Translations under genes and position numbers: made by a program | Assembly (NCBI GenBank): GCA_963666055.2 | Contig: CAXWPH010000008.1 | Coordinates: forward strand, 1-64,000 | Reading direction: 5' to 3' | Length of the DNA stretch: 64,000 nt | From: Acidobacteriota bacterium | GTDB taxonomy: Bacteria > Acidobacteriota > UBA890 > WLXD01 | Shown here: positions 10,122-18,755 of the stretch, piece after piece | Layout: each line of letters opens with the position of its first letter | Position numbering within the stretch: the stretch's first letter is position 1 | Notes under the pieces: generated by a model | Databases searched by the model: none | What the model was told of the DNA's origin: nothing | The model's input: the letters and a program-made list of their open reading frames with translations, nothing else

Positions 10122-11863
10122 CGCCGCGTCGCCGCGCCGCTTGGGCGCTCATGGTCTTGCTGATCGTCGGCAGCGGCGGCACGGCTGTTTCGCAGCAGGG
10201 CGAGGCCGCGAAGCGGACTCCTCCGCAGGAGGAGATGTCGCATCAGCAGCACATGATGGACGGCATGGCCCCGACCGGGGATGCGCTGGCGTGGCGCATG
10301 CCGCCGATGGATTCCAACATGCCGATGATGCCTGGATTGGAGGCGGCGACGCCGAGCGTCAACCCCTTCATCCCGGCGCATGGTGTCGATCTGACGGATT
10401 TCCCCGTGGCGCGGCCAGGTGAGCTAATGGACCTGGCAGACGGCGACGAGATCGAGCTCACCGCGTCGATCGTGCGGCGCGAGATCAGTGGCCGGGAGTA
10501 CCTGATGTTCGGGTACAACGGCCAGTACCCGGGTCCCTTGTTGAGAGCGCCGACCGGGGCGACCGTTACGGTGTTGTTCCGCAACGAGATCCCCATGCCA
10601 ACCACCGTGCACTGGCACGGCCTCCGGCTCGACAACCGGTTCGACGGTGTCGCCGACGTAACCCAGGCTCCGGTGCTAACGGGCCAGACGTTCCGCTACG
10701 AGGTGTACTTCGCCGATGCCGGCGTATTCTGGTATCACCCTCACGTGCGCGAGGACATCCAGCAGGATCTGGGTCTGTACGGCAACTTGCTGGCTGTGTC
10801 GGCCGATCCCGACTACTACGGTCCGGTGCACCGCGAGGAGTTTCTTATCCTCGACGACATCTTGATCGATGAGCACGGCATCATCCCTTGGGGTGAGGAG
10901 GAACCAACGCATAGCCTGATGGGCCGCTTCGGCAACGTCATGCTGGTCAACGGCAGCACCGACTACAGCCTCGAGGTAGCGCGAGGTGCAGTGGTGCGTT
11001 TCTACCTGACCAACGTGGCGAACTCACGCACGTTCAACGTCACATTCGGGGGAGCGCCTATCAAGGTGGTGGCGTCCGACCTGGGCAAGTTCGAGCACGA
11101 GGAATGGGTGACGAGCGTGCCGATCGCGCCCGCTGAGCGCTACGTTGTCGAGGTCCGCTTCGGTGAGCCTGGTGACGTGCCAATCGAGAACACCGTACAG
11201 GCCATCAACCACTTCCGCGGCGAGTTCTATGCGCACGTGGACCATCTCGGGATGGTGCACGTCGCCGACGCCGGCGCCGAGCCCGATTTGAGCGCCGCGT
11301 TCGCGACCTTGCGTGAGAACCGTGACGTCCAGGCCGACATCGAGTCGTTCCGCCCGCACTTCTCGCGCTCCCCTGACTATGAATTAGAGCTCAGCCTCGA
11401 GGTCGGTGAGTTGCCGTTGCCGATCATTCTTTCCATGGAGTTCGAGAGGGGCCTCTACTCCCCGCCGATGGAATGGAACGACACCATGCCGATGATGAAC
11501 TGGCTGGCGACCGGCAACGAGATCCGGTGGATCCTGCGCGATCGCGCCACCGGGCACGAGAACATGGACATCGAGTGGACCTTCCAGGTTGGCGACGTCG
11601 TCAAGATCCGGATCTTCAACGATCCGGAACCCCTGCACCCGATGAACCATCCGATCCACATTCACGGACAGCGCTATCTGGTGCTCGAGATGGACGGCGT
11701 GCCCAATCCGAACCTGGTCTGGAAGGACACCACGATCGTGCCGGTTGCCTCGACGATGGATCTTCTCGTCGACGTTACGAACCCGGGCGACTGGATGCTC
11801 CACTGCCACATCGCCGAGCATCTGCACGCTGGCATGATGCTCGCGTTCCGGGTAGACGGCTGA
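10118..11863 (+). CDS. Multicopper oxidase (CueO/CopA-like)
   Basis: HWHG, WYHPH, HPIHIHG and HCHIAEHLHAGMM Cu ligands; Met-rich N-terminus. Start uncertain (TTG at 10118 overlaps the upstream stop; the ORF is open from 10013). Confidence 0.92.
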   Translation: MTPRRRAAWALMVLLIVGSGGTAVSQQGEAAKRTPPQEEMSHQQHMMDGMAPTGDALAWRMPPMDSNMPMMPGLEAATPSVNPFIPAHGVDLTDFPVARPGELMDLADGDEIELTASIVRREISGREYLMFGYNGQYPGPLLRAPTGATVTVLFRNEIPMPTTVHWHGLRLDNRFDGVADVTQAPVLTGQTFRYEVYFADAGVFWYHPHVREDIQQDLGLYGNLLAVSADPDYYGPVHREEFLILDDILIDEHGIIPWGEEEPTHSLMGRFGNVMLVNGSTDYSLEVARGAVVRFYLTNVANSRTFNVTFGGAPIKVVASDLGKFEHEEWVTSVPIAPAERYVVEVRFGEPGDVPIENTVQAINHFRGEFYAHVDHLGMVHVADAGAEPDLSAAFATLRENRDVQADIESFRPHFSRSPDYELELSLEVGELPLPIILSMEFERGLYSPPMEWNDTMPMMNWLATGNEIRWILRDRATGHENMDIEWTFQVGDVVKIRIFNDPEPLHPMNHPIHIHGQRYLVLEMDGVPNPNLVWKDTTIVPVASTMDLLVDVTNPGDWMLHCHIAEHLHAGMMLAFRVDG

Positions 11864-11978
11864 ACTCTGTGGGCAACGGGGTCGGTACGCGTCTAGACGC
11901 GATACCCTAGTGTCCTGACTCAGACTCAAACAGGCCGAGTGGAAGTGTATCTGTCCACGTGTGCAAAGGAGCCCGGAC

Positions 11979-13007
11979 ATGGAACGCGGTGATTTCGGTA
12001 ATCTGAAGGTAGGCGATTTCCGCCCGCCCAATATCCAATTGTCGGGGAGTATGATGGCGCTGATTCCCGCCGTCATCATTGGCCTATGGCTGTTGTGGAG
12101 CACCGTCTATACCGTCGCCCCCGAGGAAGTCGGGGTGGTGCTGACGTTCGGCAAGTACACAAAGTTGACCGATCCGGGGTTGCACTTCAAGCTGCCTGCG
12201 CCAATTCAGGTCGTATGGAAGGTGCCGGTGCAGCGGCAGCTGAAAGAGGAGTTCGGCTTCCGTACCGTGACCGCCGCTGTCAGGTCGCAGTTCGACTCGG
12301 CGGGCGATGAGTCGGCCATGCTTACCGGCGATCTCAACGTCGCCGTGGTCGAGTGGACGACGCAATACCGGGTGTCCGACCCGTACCTCTACATGTTCCG
12401 GGTTCGAAATATCACGGAGACCTTCCGAGACATGAACGAGGCCGTCATGCGAACCGTGGTGGGTGACCGCAGCGTCACCGAGGTGTTGACGGTCGGGCGC
12501 CAGGAGATCGCGTCGGAGGTGGAGCGACGACTGCAGGAGATGTGCGATCAGTACGAGACCGGCATCCGGGTCGAGCAGATCGTTCTCCAGGACGTCAACC
12601 CACCGGATCCGGTACGGCCGTCGTTCAACGAGGTCAATCAGGCCCAGCAGGAGCGCGAGCGCATGATCAACGACGCTCGGGCGCAGTACAATCGCGAGGT
12701 TCCGGCCGCACGCGGTGAGGCCTTGCGGGCCGTGGAGCAGGCCGAGGGCTACGCGGTCGGCCGGGTGAACCGCGCCGAAGGTGACGCGGCCCGCTTCCAG
12801 GCGGTGTACGAATCGTACCGCCGGGCACCCGAGGTCACGCGTCGTCGCCTGTACCTCGAGACCATGCTCGACTTGCTGCCATCCATTCGGCAGAAGGTGG
12901 TAATCGACCAGGACATCAACGGGCTCCTGCCACTGCTCAACCTCCAGGGGGCGATCATGCAACCGTCGCTCCCCGCGGCGAGCTCCAACCAGGAACAGGG
13001 CCAATGA
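11979..13007 (+). CDS. hflK: FtsH protease modulator HflK
   Basis: SPFH domain; MLTGDLN, PPDPVRPSFNEV and APEVTRRRLYLETM motifs. Confidence 0.93.
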   Translation: MERGDFGNLKVGDFRPPNIQLSGSMMALIPAVIIGLWLLWSTVYTVAPEEVGVVLTFGKYTKLTDPGLHFKLPAPIQVVWKVPVQRQLKEEFGFRTVTAAVRSQFDSAGDESAMLTGDLNVAVVEWTTQYRVSDPYLYMFRVRNITETFRDMNEAVMRTVVGDRSVTEVLTVGRQEIASEVERRLQEMCDQYETGIRVEQIVLQDVNPPDPVRPSFNEVNQAQQERERMINDARAQYNREVPAARGEALRAVEQAEGYAVGRVNRAEGDAARFQAVYESYRRAPEVTRRRLYLETMLDLLPSIRQKVVIDQDINGLLPLLNLQGAIMQPSLPAASSNQEQGQ

Positions 13008-13945
13008 AGCGGGTAGGCATGGGGTTGATCGGAGTTCTGTTGGTCGCAGGTTTGCTGGCGCTCAGCGGAGCTGTCTATGTCGTCGACGAGACCCAGCAGG
13101 TGGTCATTACCCAGTTCGGCTCACCGGTCGGTGATGCGGTAGATACACCCGGGCTGCACTACAAGCTGCCGTTCATCCAGCGGGCGAATTTCTTCAACAA
13201 GCGCTTCTTGGAATGGGACGGCGACAGCAACCAGCTGCCGACGCGCGACAAGCGCTTCATCCACGTCGATACCTATGCACGGTGGCATATTACCAACCCG
13301 CTGTTGTTCTTCCAGCGGCTGCGGGACGAGCGTGGCGCCCAGTCGCGCCTGGACGACATTCTCGACGGCGAGACCCGCAACACCATCGCCAGCCACGACC
13401 TGGTCGAGGTGGTGCGTACCAGCAACCGCGATATCGCGTTGTCGGGCGACGAGCTCGGAGCCATCGCCGAAGGCGAGACGGTGGCGGATATCGAGTTCGG
13501 CCGAGATGTGTTGGCGGCCGAGGTACTGGCCGCGGCGCAGACGCGGACGTCCGATCTGGGGATCGAGATCCTCGACTTCCGCTTCAAGCGCATCAACTAC
13601 GTCGAGGAAGTGCGGCGCGAGGTATACAACCGCATGATCTCCGAGCGGCTACGAATTGCCGAACAGTTTCGATCCGAGGGCGCCGGAGAGGCGGCGCGGA
13701 TCAGCGGCGAAAAGGAACGCGAGCTGCGTACGATCAGCTCGGGGGCGTATCGCACGGCGCAGGAGATCATGGGAACTGCCGACGCCACGGCCGCCGACGT
13801 GTACGCCCAGGCATACAACCGCGACGCCGATTTCTATCGGTTCGTCAAGACGCTGGAGGTATATCGGGAGACACTGAGCCAGAATACGACGCTGCTGCTC
13901 GGCACCAACGGGGAGTTTCTACGTTTCCTGAAGAACTCGAGGTAG
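13004..13945 (+). CDS. hflC: FtsH protease modulator HflC
   Basis: VITQFG, PGLHYKLPFIQ and VYNRMISER motifs; ATGA overlap with hflK. Confidence 0.93.
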   Translation: MKRVGMGLIGVLLVAGLLALSGAVYVVDETQQVVITQFGSPVGDAVDTPGLHYKLPFIQRANFFNKRFLEWDGDSNQLPTRDKRFIHVDTYARWHITNPLLFFQRLRDERGAQSRLDDILDGETRNTIASHDLVEVVRTSNRDIALSGDELGAIAEGETVADIEFGRDVLAAEVLAAAQTRTSDLGIEILDFRFKRINYVEEVRREVYNRMISERLRIAEQFRSEGAGEAARISGEKERELRTISSGAYRTAQEIMGTADATAADVYAQAYNRDADFYRFVKTLEVYRETLSQNTTLLLGTNGEFLRFLKNSR

Positions 13946-14031
13946 ACGCGGGGCGGCGGCTGCGTTTCCGGCGCCGGCCACGGCGGCTCGTGTAGGATGA
14001 AGTAGCGTTCTCGAGATCCTGGAGGTGCGTC

Positions 14032-14778
14032 GTGCAACGTCCTGCATTGATTGCCGCTGCGGTCATTATTGTGCTTATTGTGGCTGGCGTGTGGTACTTC
14101 CGCGGCGCCGAGGAGCCGCCGGTCGAAGAGCCGGCGGCTGTCGTCGAGGCGTTGACTCCGCCGCTGCCGATCGAGGAGCCGGCACCACCGCCTCTGCCAG
14201 CGCTCGATGGCAGTGACGACATGGTGCGCCGCGCCGCGACGGTGCTCGGCCTGGCTCCGATGCTCGCCAAGGCGCTCGAGGATGCGGACGTGATGCGACG
14301 CTTTGTTGCCGTCGTCGACGCCGTGGCCAGCGGTGAGAGCCCCGGAAGGCACCTGTCGTTCCTGGCGCCCGAGCAGCCCTTCGACGCCCTCTATCGGGAC
14401 GATACCTGGTATATGGATCCTGTCAGCTACCGGCGCTACGACCCCGTCGGGGAGGCGCTAGCAGGCCTCGATGTGAGCGCTGCCGTCAGCGTGTTTCGGC
14501 GGGTCGAGCCGCTGGCCGACGCCGCGTACGCGGAGCTGATTGGCGAGGAACGCCCTTTCGAGCCGCGTTTGCGACAAGCATTGGGTGTATTGCTGACCAC
14601 ACCGGTGGTCAACGACCCTCCCGAGCTGGTCGATGCGATCGGACGCCTGACGTATCGCGACGAGGCGCTGGAGAGACTGAGCCTGCCGCAGAAACACTTG
14701 CTGCGCATGGGGCCGCAAAGCGTCGGCCGAATTCAGGCCAAGCTACGCGAGATCCTCGACCAACTGGCGGAGAGCTGA
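14032..14778 (+). CDS. DUF3014-like membrane-anchored protein
   Basis: N-terminal TM, Pro-rich linker, LPALDGSD, SYRRYD and QKHLLRMGP motifs. Confidence 0.8.
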   Translation: MQRPALIAAAVIIVLIVAGVWYFRGAEEPPVEEPAAVVEALTPPLPIEEPAPPPLPALDGSDDMVRRAATVLGLAPMLAKALEDADVMRRFVAVVDAVASGESPGRHLSFLAPEQPFDALYRDDTWYMDPVSYRRYDPVGEALAGLDVSAAVSVFRRVEPLADAAYAELIGEERPFEPRLRQALGVLLTTPVVNDPPELVDAIGRLTYRDEALERLSLPQKHLLRMGPQSVGRIQAKLREILDQLAES

Positions 14779-14878
14779 TCACGGCGGGCGTACCGCCGAA
14801 TCGCCGCATGCGAACCTTCCGGCGCCCGCCCGCTATGACCGATCGCGGTAGGACTCTATTGAGACGACACGTACCGGT

Positions 14879-15820
14879 ATGCGTATCGTAGTGGCGCTCG
14901 GCGGCAACGCGCTCCTGCGCCGCGACGAGCCGATGAGCAGCGTGCAGCAGCGGCTCAATGTCCGGGTGGCGGCGGGTGCCCTGGCGCCCCTGGCAAAGGA
15001 GCACCAGTTGGTGATCTCACACGGCAACGGGCCGCAGGTGGGCTTGCTGGCATTGCAGGCCGATGCCTATGAAGCCGTCGAGCCCTTCCCCCTGGATGTG
15101 CTTGGTGCCCAGACCGAAGGCATGATCGGGTACCTGATCGAACAGGAGCTGGGAAATCTGCTGCCCTACGAACAACCCTTCGCCACCATTCTCACGATGG
15201 TCCAGGTCGATCCGGAGGATCCGGCGTTCGATCATCCCTCCAAACCGATCGGCCCGATGTATGACGAGGCCGAGGCGAAGCGACTGGCAGCCGAGCGCGG
15301 CTGGGCGGTGGCTCCCGATGGCGCCGGCTGGCGGCGCGTGGTGCCGTCGCCCCGACCGCAGCACATCTTCCAGATCCGCCCGATTCGCTGGCTCGTGGAG
15401 CAGGGCGTAATCGTCGTCTGCACCGGCGGGGGTGGCATCCCGACGATGTACGACGAGGAGGGAAACCTTGTTGGTGCCGAGGTTGTTATCGACAAGGATC
15501 TTGCCAGCGCTCTGCTGGCGGTTGAGCTCAATGCCGACATGCTGGTCATGGCCACCGACGTTGATGCCGTGTATCGGGGCTGGGCAACGCCGCAGGCTGA
15601 GGCCATCCGGCGAGCGACGCCAGAAGAGTTGCAGCACGAGAACTTCAGCGCCGGCTCTATGGGACCGAAGGTCGAGGCGGCTTGCCGCTTCGCCGAGCTT
15701 GCCGGGGGCACTGCGGCAATCGGTGCTTTGAGCGAGCTGAAGGAGATTGTGGATGGCGAGCGAGGGACGATCATCGCCCTTCCGAGCGACCCGGTGGCGG
15801 TACGCTTGCCGGGGCTCTGA
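14879..15820 (+). CDS. arcC: Carbamate kinase
   Basis: [37 protein letters not shown] and [10 protein letters not shown] motifs. Confidence 0.95.
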   Translation: MRIVVALGGNALLRRDEPMSSVQQRLNVRVAAGALAPLAKEHQLVISHGNGPQVGLLALQADAYEAVEPFPLDVLGAQTEGMIGYLIEQELGNLLPYEQPFATILTMVQVDPEDPAFDHPSKPIGPMYDEAEAKRLAAERGWAVAPDGAGWRRVVPSPRPQHIFQIRPIRWLVEQGVIVVCTGGGGIPTMYDEEGNLVGAEVVIDKDLASALLAVELNADMLVMATDVDAVYRGWATPQAEAIRRATPEELQHENFSAGSMGPKVEAACRFAELAGGTAAIGALSELKEIVDGERGTIIALPSDPVAVRLPGL

Positions 15821-16050
15821 TAACGGTGCGACGCTGACGTCGAACAGCTCAACTGAACGAGCCCGGCCGGCACAGCCGAACATAGCTCCACGCGGAGGTA
15901 CGCTTCATGCAGCTCCTTGTTCTGTGGCTCATCAGCGCTGGGGCTCGCCAACGCGGCCTTGTGGCCGCTATTGACGCTATTGGCGCTGCCGCTCAATCTC
16001 GTCACGCTCGGACTGTTCGCTTTTGTCGTCAGCGCAGTGTTGTTGATGCT

Positions 16051-17432
16051 CTATGCGCGGTCGATTGCTGCCGGCAACTTGATCTCTATGAGCAGACCAC
16101 CATCGTCGGGGTTGGTGGCGCTGATCGTGCCACCGTGGGCCCGCACGGCTCGCTGACTGATAGACAGCCCCAAGCCGGTGCCTCCGCGTTCTCGATCGCG
16201 CGCCGAGCCCACCCGGTAGAACGGCTGGAACAGGCGGTCGAGCTCTTCTTCGGGTACGCCCGGCCCGTGATCGCGCACCTGGATCGGGTGGCCTCCGTGG
16301 AGCCATTGTTCTGGGCGACGCTGAGCGACGCCTCCACTGCTGACCCCGGTGGCGTGTAGCGAATCGCATTGCGCACCACGTTCTCGATGGCGCGCCGCAA
16401 CAGCTCCTCGAACCCTCGCGTAGTACAGGATCCGGCGATATCGAGATGCACTGACTTGCCGCACTCTCGAGCCTCGTAGTCGGCATCATCGATCACCGCG
16501 CGAACCAGGGCGACAAGATCCACCGGCTGCCGATCGGCGAGTGCCTCGGGGTCTTGCAAGCGGGTCAGCGCCAGTAACTGGCCGATCAGCTCGTTGAGTC
16601 GCTCGGTCTCCTGCTCGATGCGGTCGAGCGCGTCTGCCGCTGAATCGTCGCTTTGACGGCGCGCCAGGCCCAGCGCAACGTACAGTCGCGCAAGCGGCGA
16701 GCGTAGCTCGTGCGAGATGTCGCTGAGGAGTTGTCGTTGGCTCTCTAGCAGCGTGCCGATTCGCTCGGCCATATCGTCGAAGTCGCGCCCCAGAGCGGCC
16801 AGCTCGTCACGGCGCCCCCCAAGATCGCCGCTCACCCGTGTGTCGAGCTCGCCTTCCGCGAAGCGCCGGGTTGCGGCGCTGAGCGTGCTGACCGGCGACA
16901 GCGTGTAGCGTGCCATGGCGTAGCAAACCAGGCCAGATGTCAGCAGCACTGCCAACCATCGGATGACGATGGGAAGCACGCTGGGCGGCGGCAGGTCAAG
17001 ACGGCTCGGGAGTCGCTGCACGACCGTATAGGTGTTGTTGTCGCGATACACGAACGAGCGTCCGGCGTAGGGGCCGGAGCCGCTAAACCCGCCGTGAACG
17101 ACCCCGTTGTCGAAAGCCTCGGCCGCCGTCGCCCGTGCTTCCTCGGGCGCCACCCGCCCGGTCACTTCGTTGAGCTCGACATCGAACACGAAGGGGTAGG
17201 GCGCACCTTCCTCTTCTAGATCCGACATGAACTGAGCGATTGCCTCATCGGATCGTCGACCCAGTCTGACCGCCACTCGTCCGGCGAGGACCAGCCGTTG
17301 TCCGGTGAGTGCCCGAAACCGATCGACGACCTCTTCATTCTGGGTTAGCTGGGTGGGCAGCGAGAAAGCCGACCACACCAACGCCATCGCCAGCCAGAAC
17401 CACAGGAAGATCTTGATAAACAGTCGGTGCAT
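16051..17432 (-). pseudogene. CpxA-like HAMP sensor histidine kinase, frameshifted near 16285
   Basis: The H-box (SHELRSPL) and N-box (ENVVRNAIRY) are in ORF 16086-17432. The G1/F/G2 boxes (RDHGPG, FQPFYR, GGTGLGL) are in a different frame ending at 16051. Confidence 0.8.
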
Positions 17433-17436
17433 GGCG

Positions 17437-18162
17437 TTAGCTCCCGGAGGGGGCGGCTTCCCCTTCTTGCGTTGCGGGTAACGTGTAGATATAGCCGACG
17501 CCGCGTACCGTCTTGATGCGTTCGGTGCCGCCGTGCCGAGGGCCGAGCTTCTTGCGCAGGTTGCTCACGTGCATGTCGATGCTGCGATCCAGGGCGGAGT
17601 ACTCACGGTCGAGCACTTCGAGCGTCAGGTGCTCGCGCGACACGACCTTGCCGGCGGCTCGCATTAGCTCTTCGAGGACCTCGAACTCGACGGCGGTGAG
17701 ATGTACCTCGTGGCCGCCGCGCTGAGCGGTGCGCGCGCCGACGTTTAGATGTACGTCGCCGACGTCGACGACAAGCCCACGTGAGGTCATGCGTTCGTCG
17801 GCGCGGCGCAGAATCGCTCGGATTCGCGCCACCAGCTCTCGTGGGTTGAATGGCTTCGGAAGGTAATCGTCGGCGCCCATCTCGAGCCCGACGATGCGGT
17901 CGACGTCGTCCCCGCGAGCCGTGAGCATCAAGACAGGTATCCGGGAAGTGGCTCGGAGTCGCCGCAAGATCTCGAAGCCGTTGATGCTAGGCAGCATCAC
18001 GTCCAGGAGCACCATCGAGTAGTCGCTGGCAAGTGCTGCCTCTAGGCCGACTTCGCCATCGTGCACCGCGTCAACCTCGAAGCCCTCGGCACGAACGTAC
18101 TCGCCCACCAACTCGCAGAGCTCGGCATCATCGTCGATAACGAGGATCCGTTGCATGAACAT
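17437..18162 (-). CDS. OmpR/CpxR-like response regulator
   Basis: REC domain (LLDVMLP, KPF) + winged helix (RSIDMHVSNLRKKL, TVRGVGY). Confidence 0.92.
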   Translation of the reverse strand: MFMQRILVIDDDAELCELVGEYVRAEGFEVDAVHDGEVGLEAALASDYSMVLLDVMLPSINGFEILRRLRATSRIPVLMLTARGDDVDRIVGLEMGADDYLPKPFNPRELVARIRAILRRADERMTSRGLVVDVGDVHLNVGARTAQRGGHEVHLTAVEFEVLEELMRAAGKVVSREHLTLEVLDREYSALDRSIDMHVSNLRKKLGPRHGGTERIKTVRGVGYIYTLPATQEGEAAPSGS

Positions 18163-18537
18163 AGCTCCGCGACGATGGTCAGGGTGGAAGTCGTGAGCTT
18201 AGCATCGGCCCCGGCGATCGCCAGGGCAAGCCTCGGTAAAGAAGTGTAATGAAAAAGTCGATCTTGGCAACAGTATCGATCCTGGTCATAAGTTACTGAA
18301 AACAAAGAAGTTGAAGATGTCTCCCGGCCGTACCAGTCGCTGCTCAAGGTCGTGCTCAACGACTGGCGCGAGAAGCAGGAGTCGCCGCGCAAGCGGGCCT
18401 AAGCGAAGGTGCTGCGGCGGCCTCTCCCTAGAGCCTACGGGCCGGCCGGTCCGCCGGTGTTGTCAGCAATCCGTTCGACTGCCTTGACGAGGCGCGCGGC
18501 CGGGCGATTCGCGAGGGGGGGAGGTCACAGGCATGAG

Positions 18538-18568
18538 AAACGCCGGCTGGCCATAGAGCCAGCCGGCG
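18538..18568 (-). terminator. Possible intrinsic terminator downstream of the permease
   Basis: 11 bp perfect stem CGCCGGCTGGC/GCCAGCCGGCG with a 6 nt loop and a short T run on the minus strand. Confidence 0.45.
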
Positions 18569-18755
18569 AGTTGCGTGGTCCCAGTCCCTGTCTCAACATG
18601 AACTTGCCACGCTCGTGACTAACCACAGCATAGCGGCCCCGCGCACGCTGACGAAGCCAAAAACGTCCAGGCGCGGCGTTTCATTGCAATGGGCTGAGGA
18701 GCGGTCTTCACCATCGTCGAAGGCAAGCCGGCCTACGAATGGCGTTGACCCGTGC

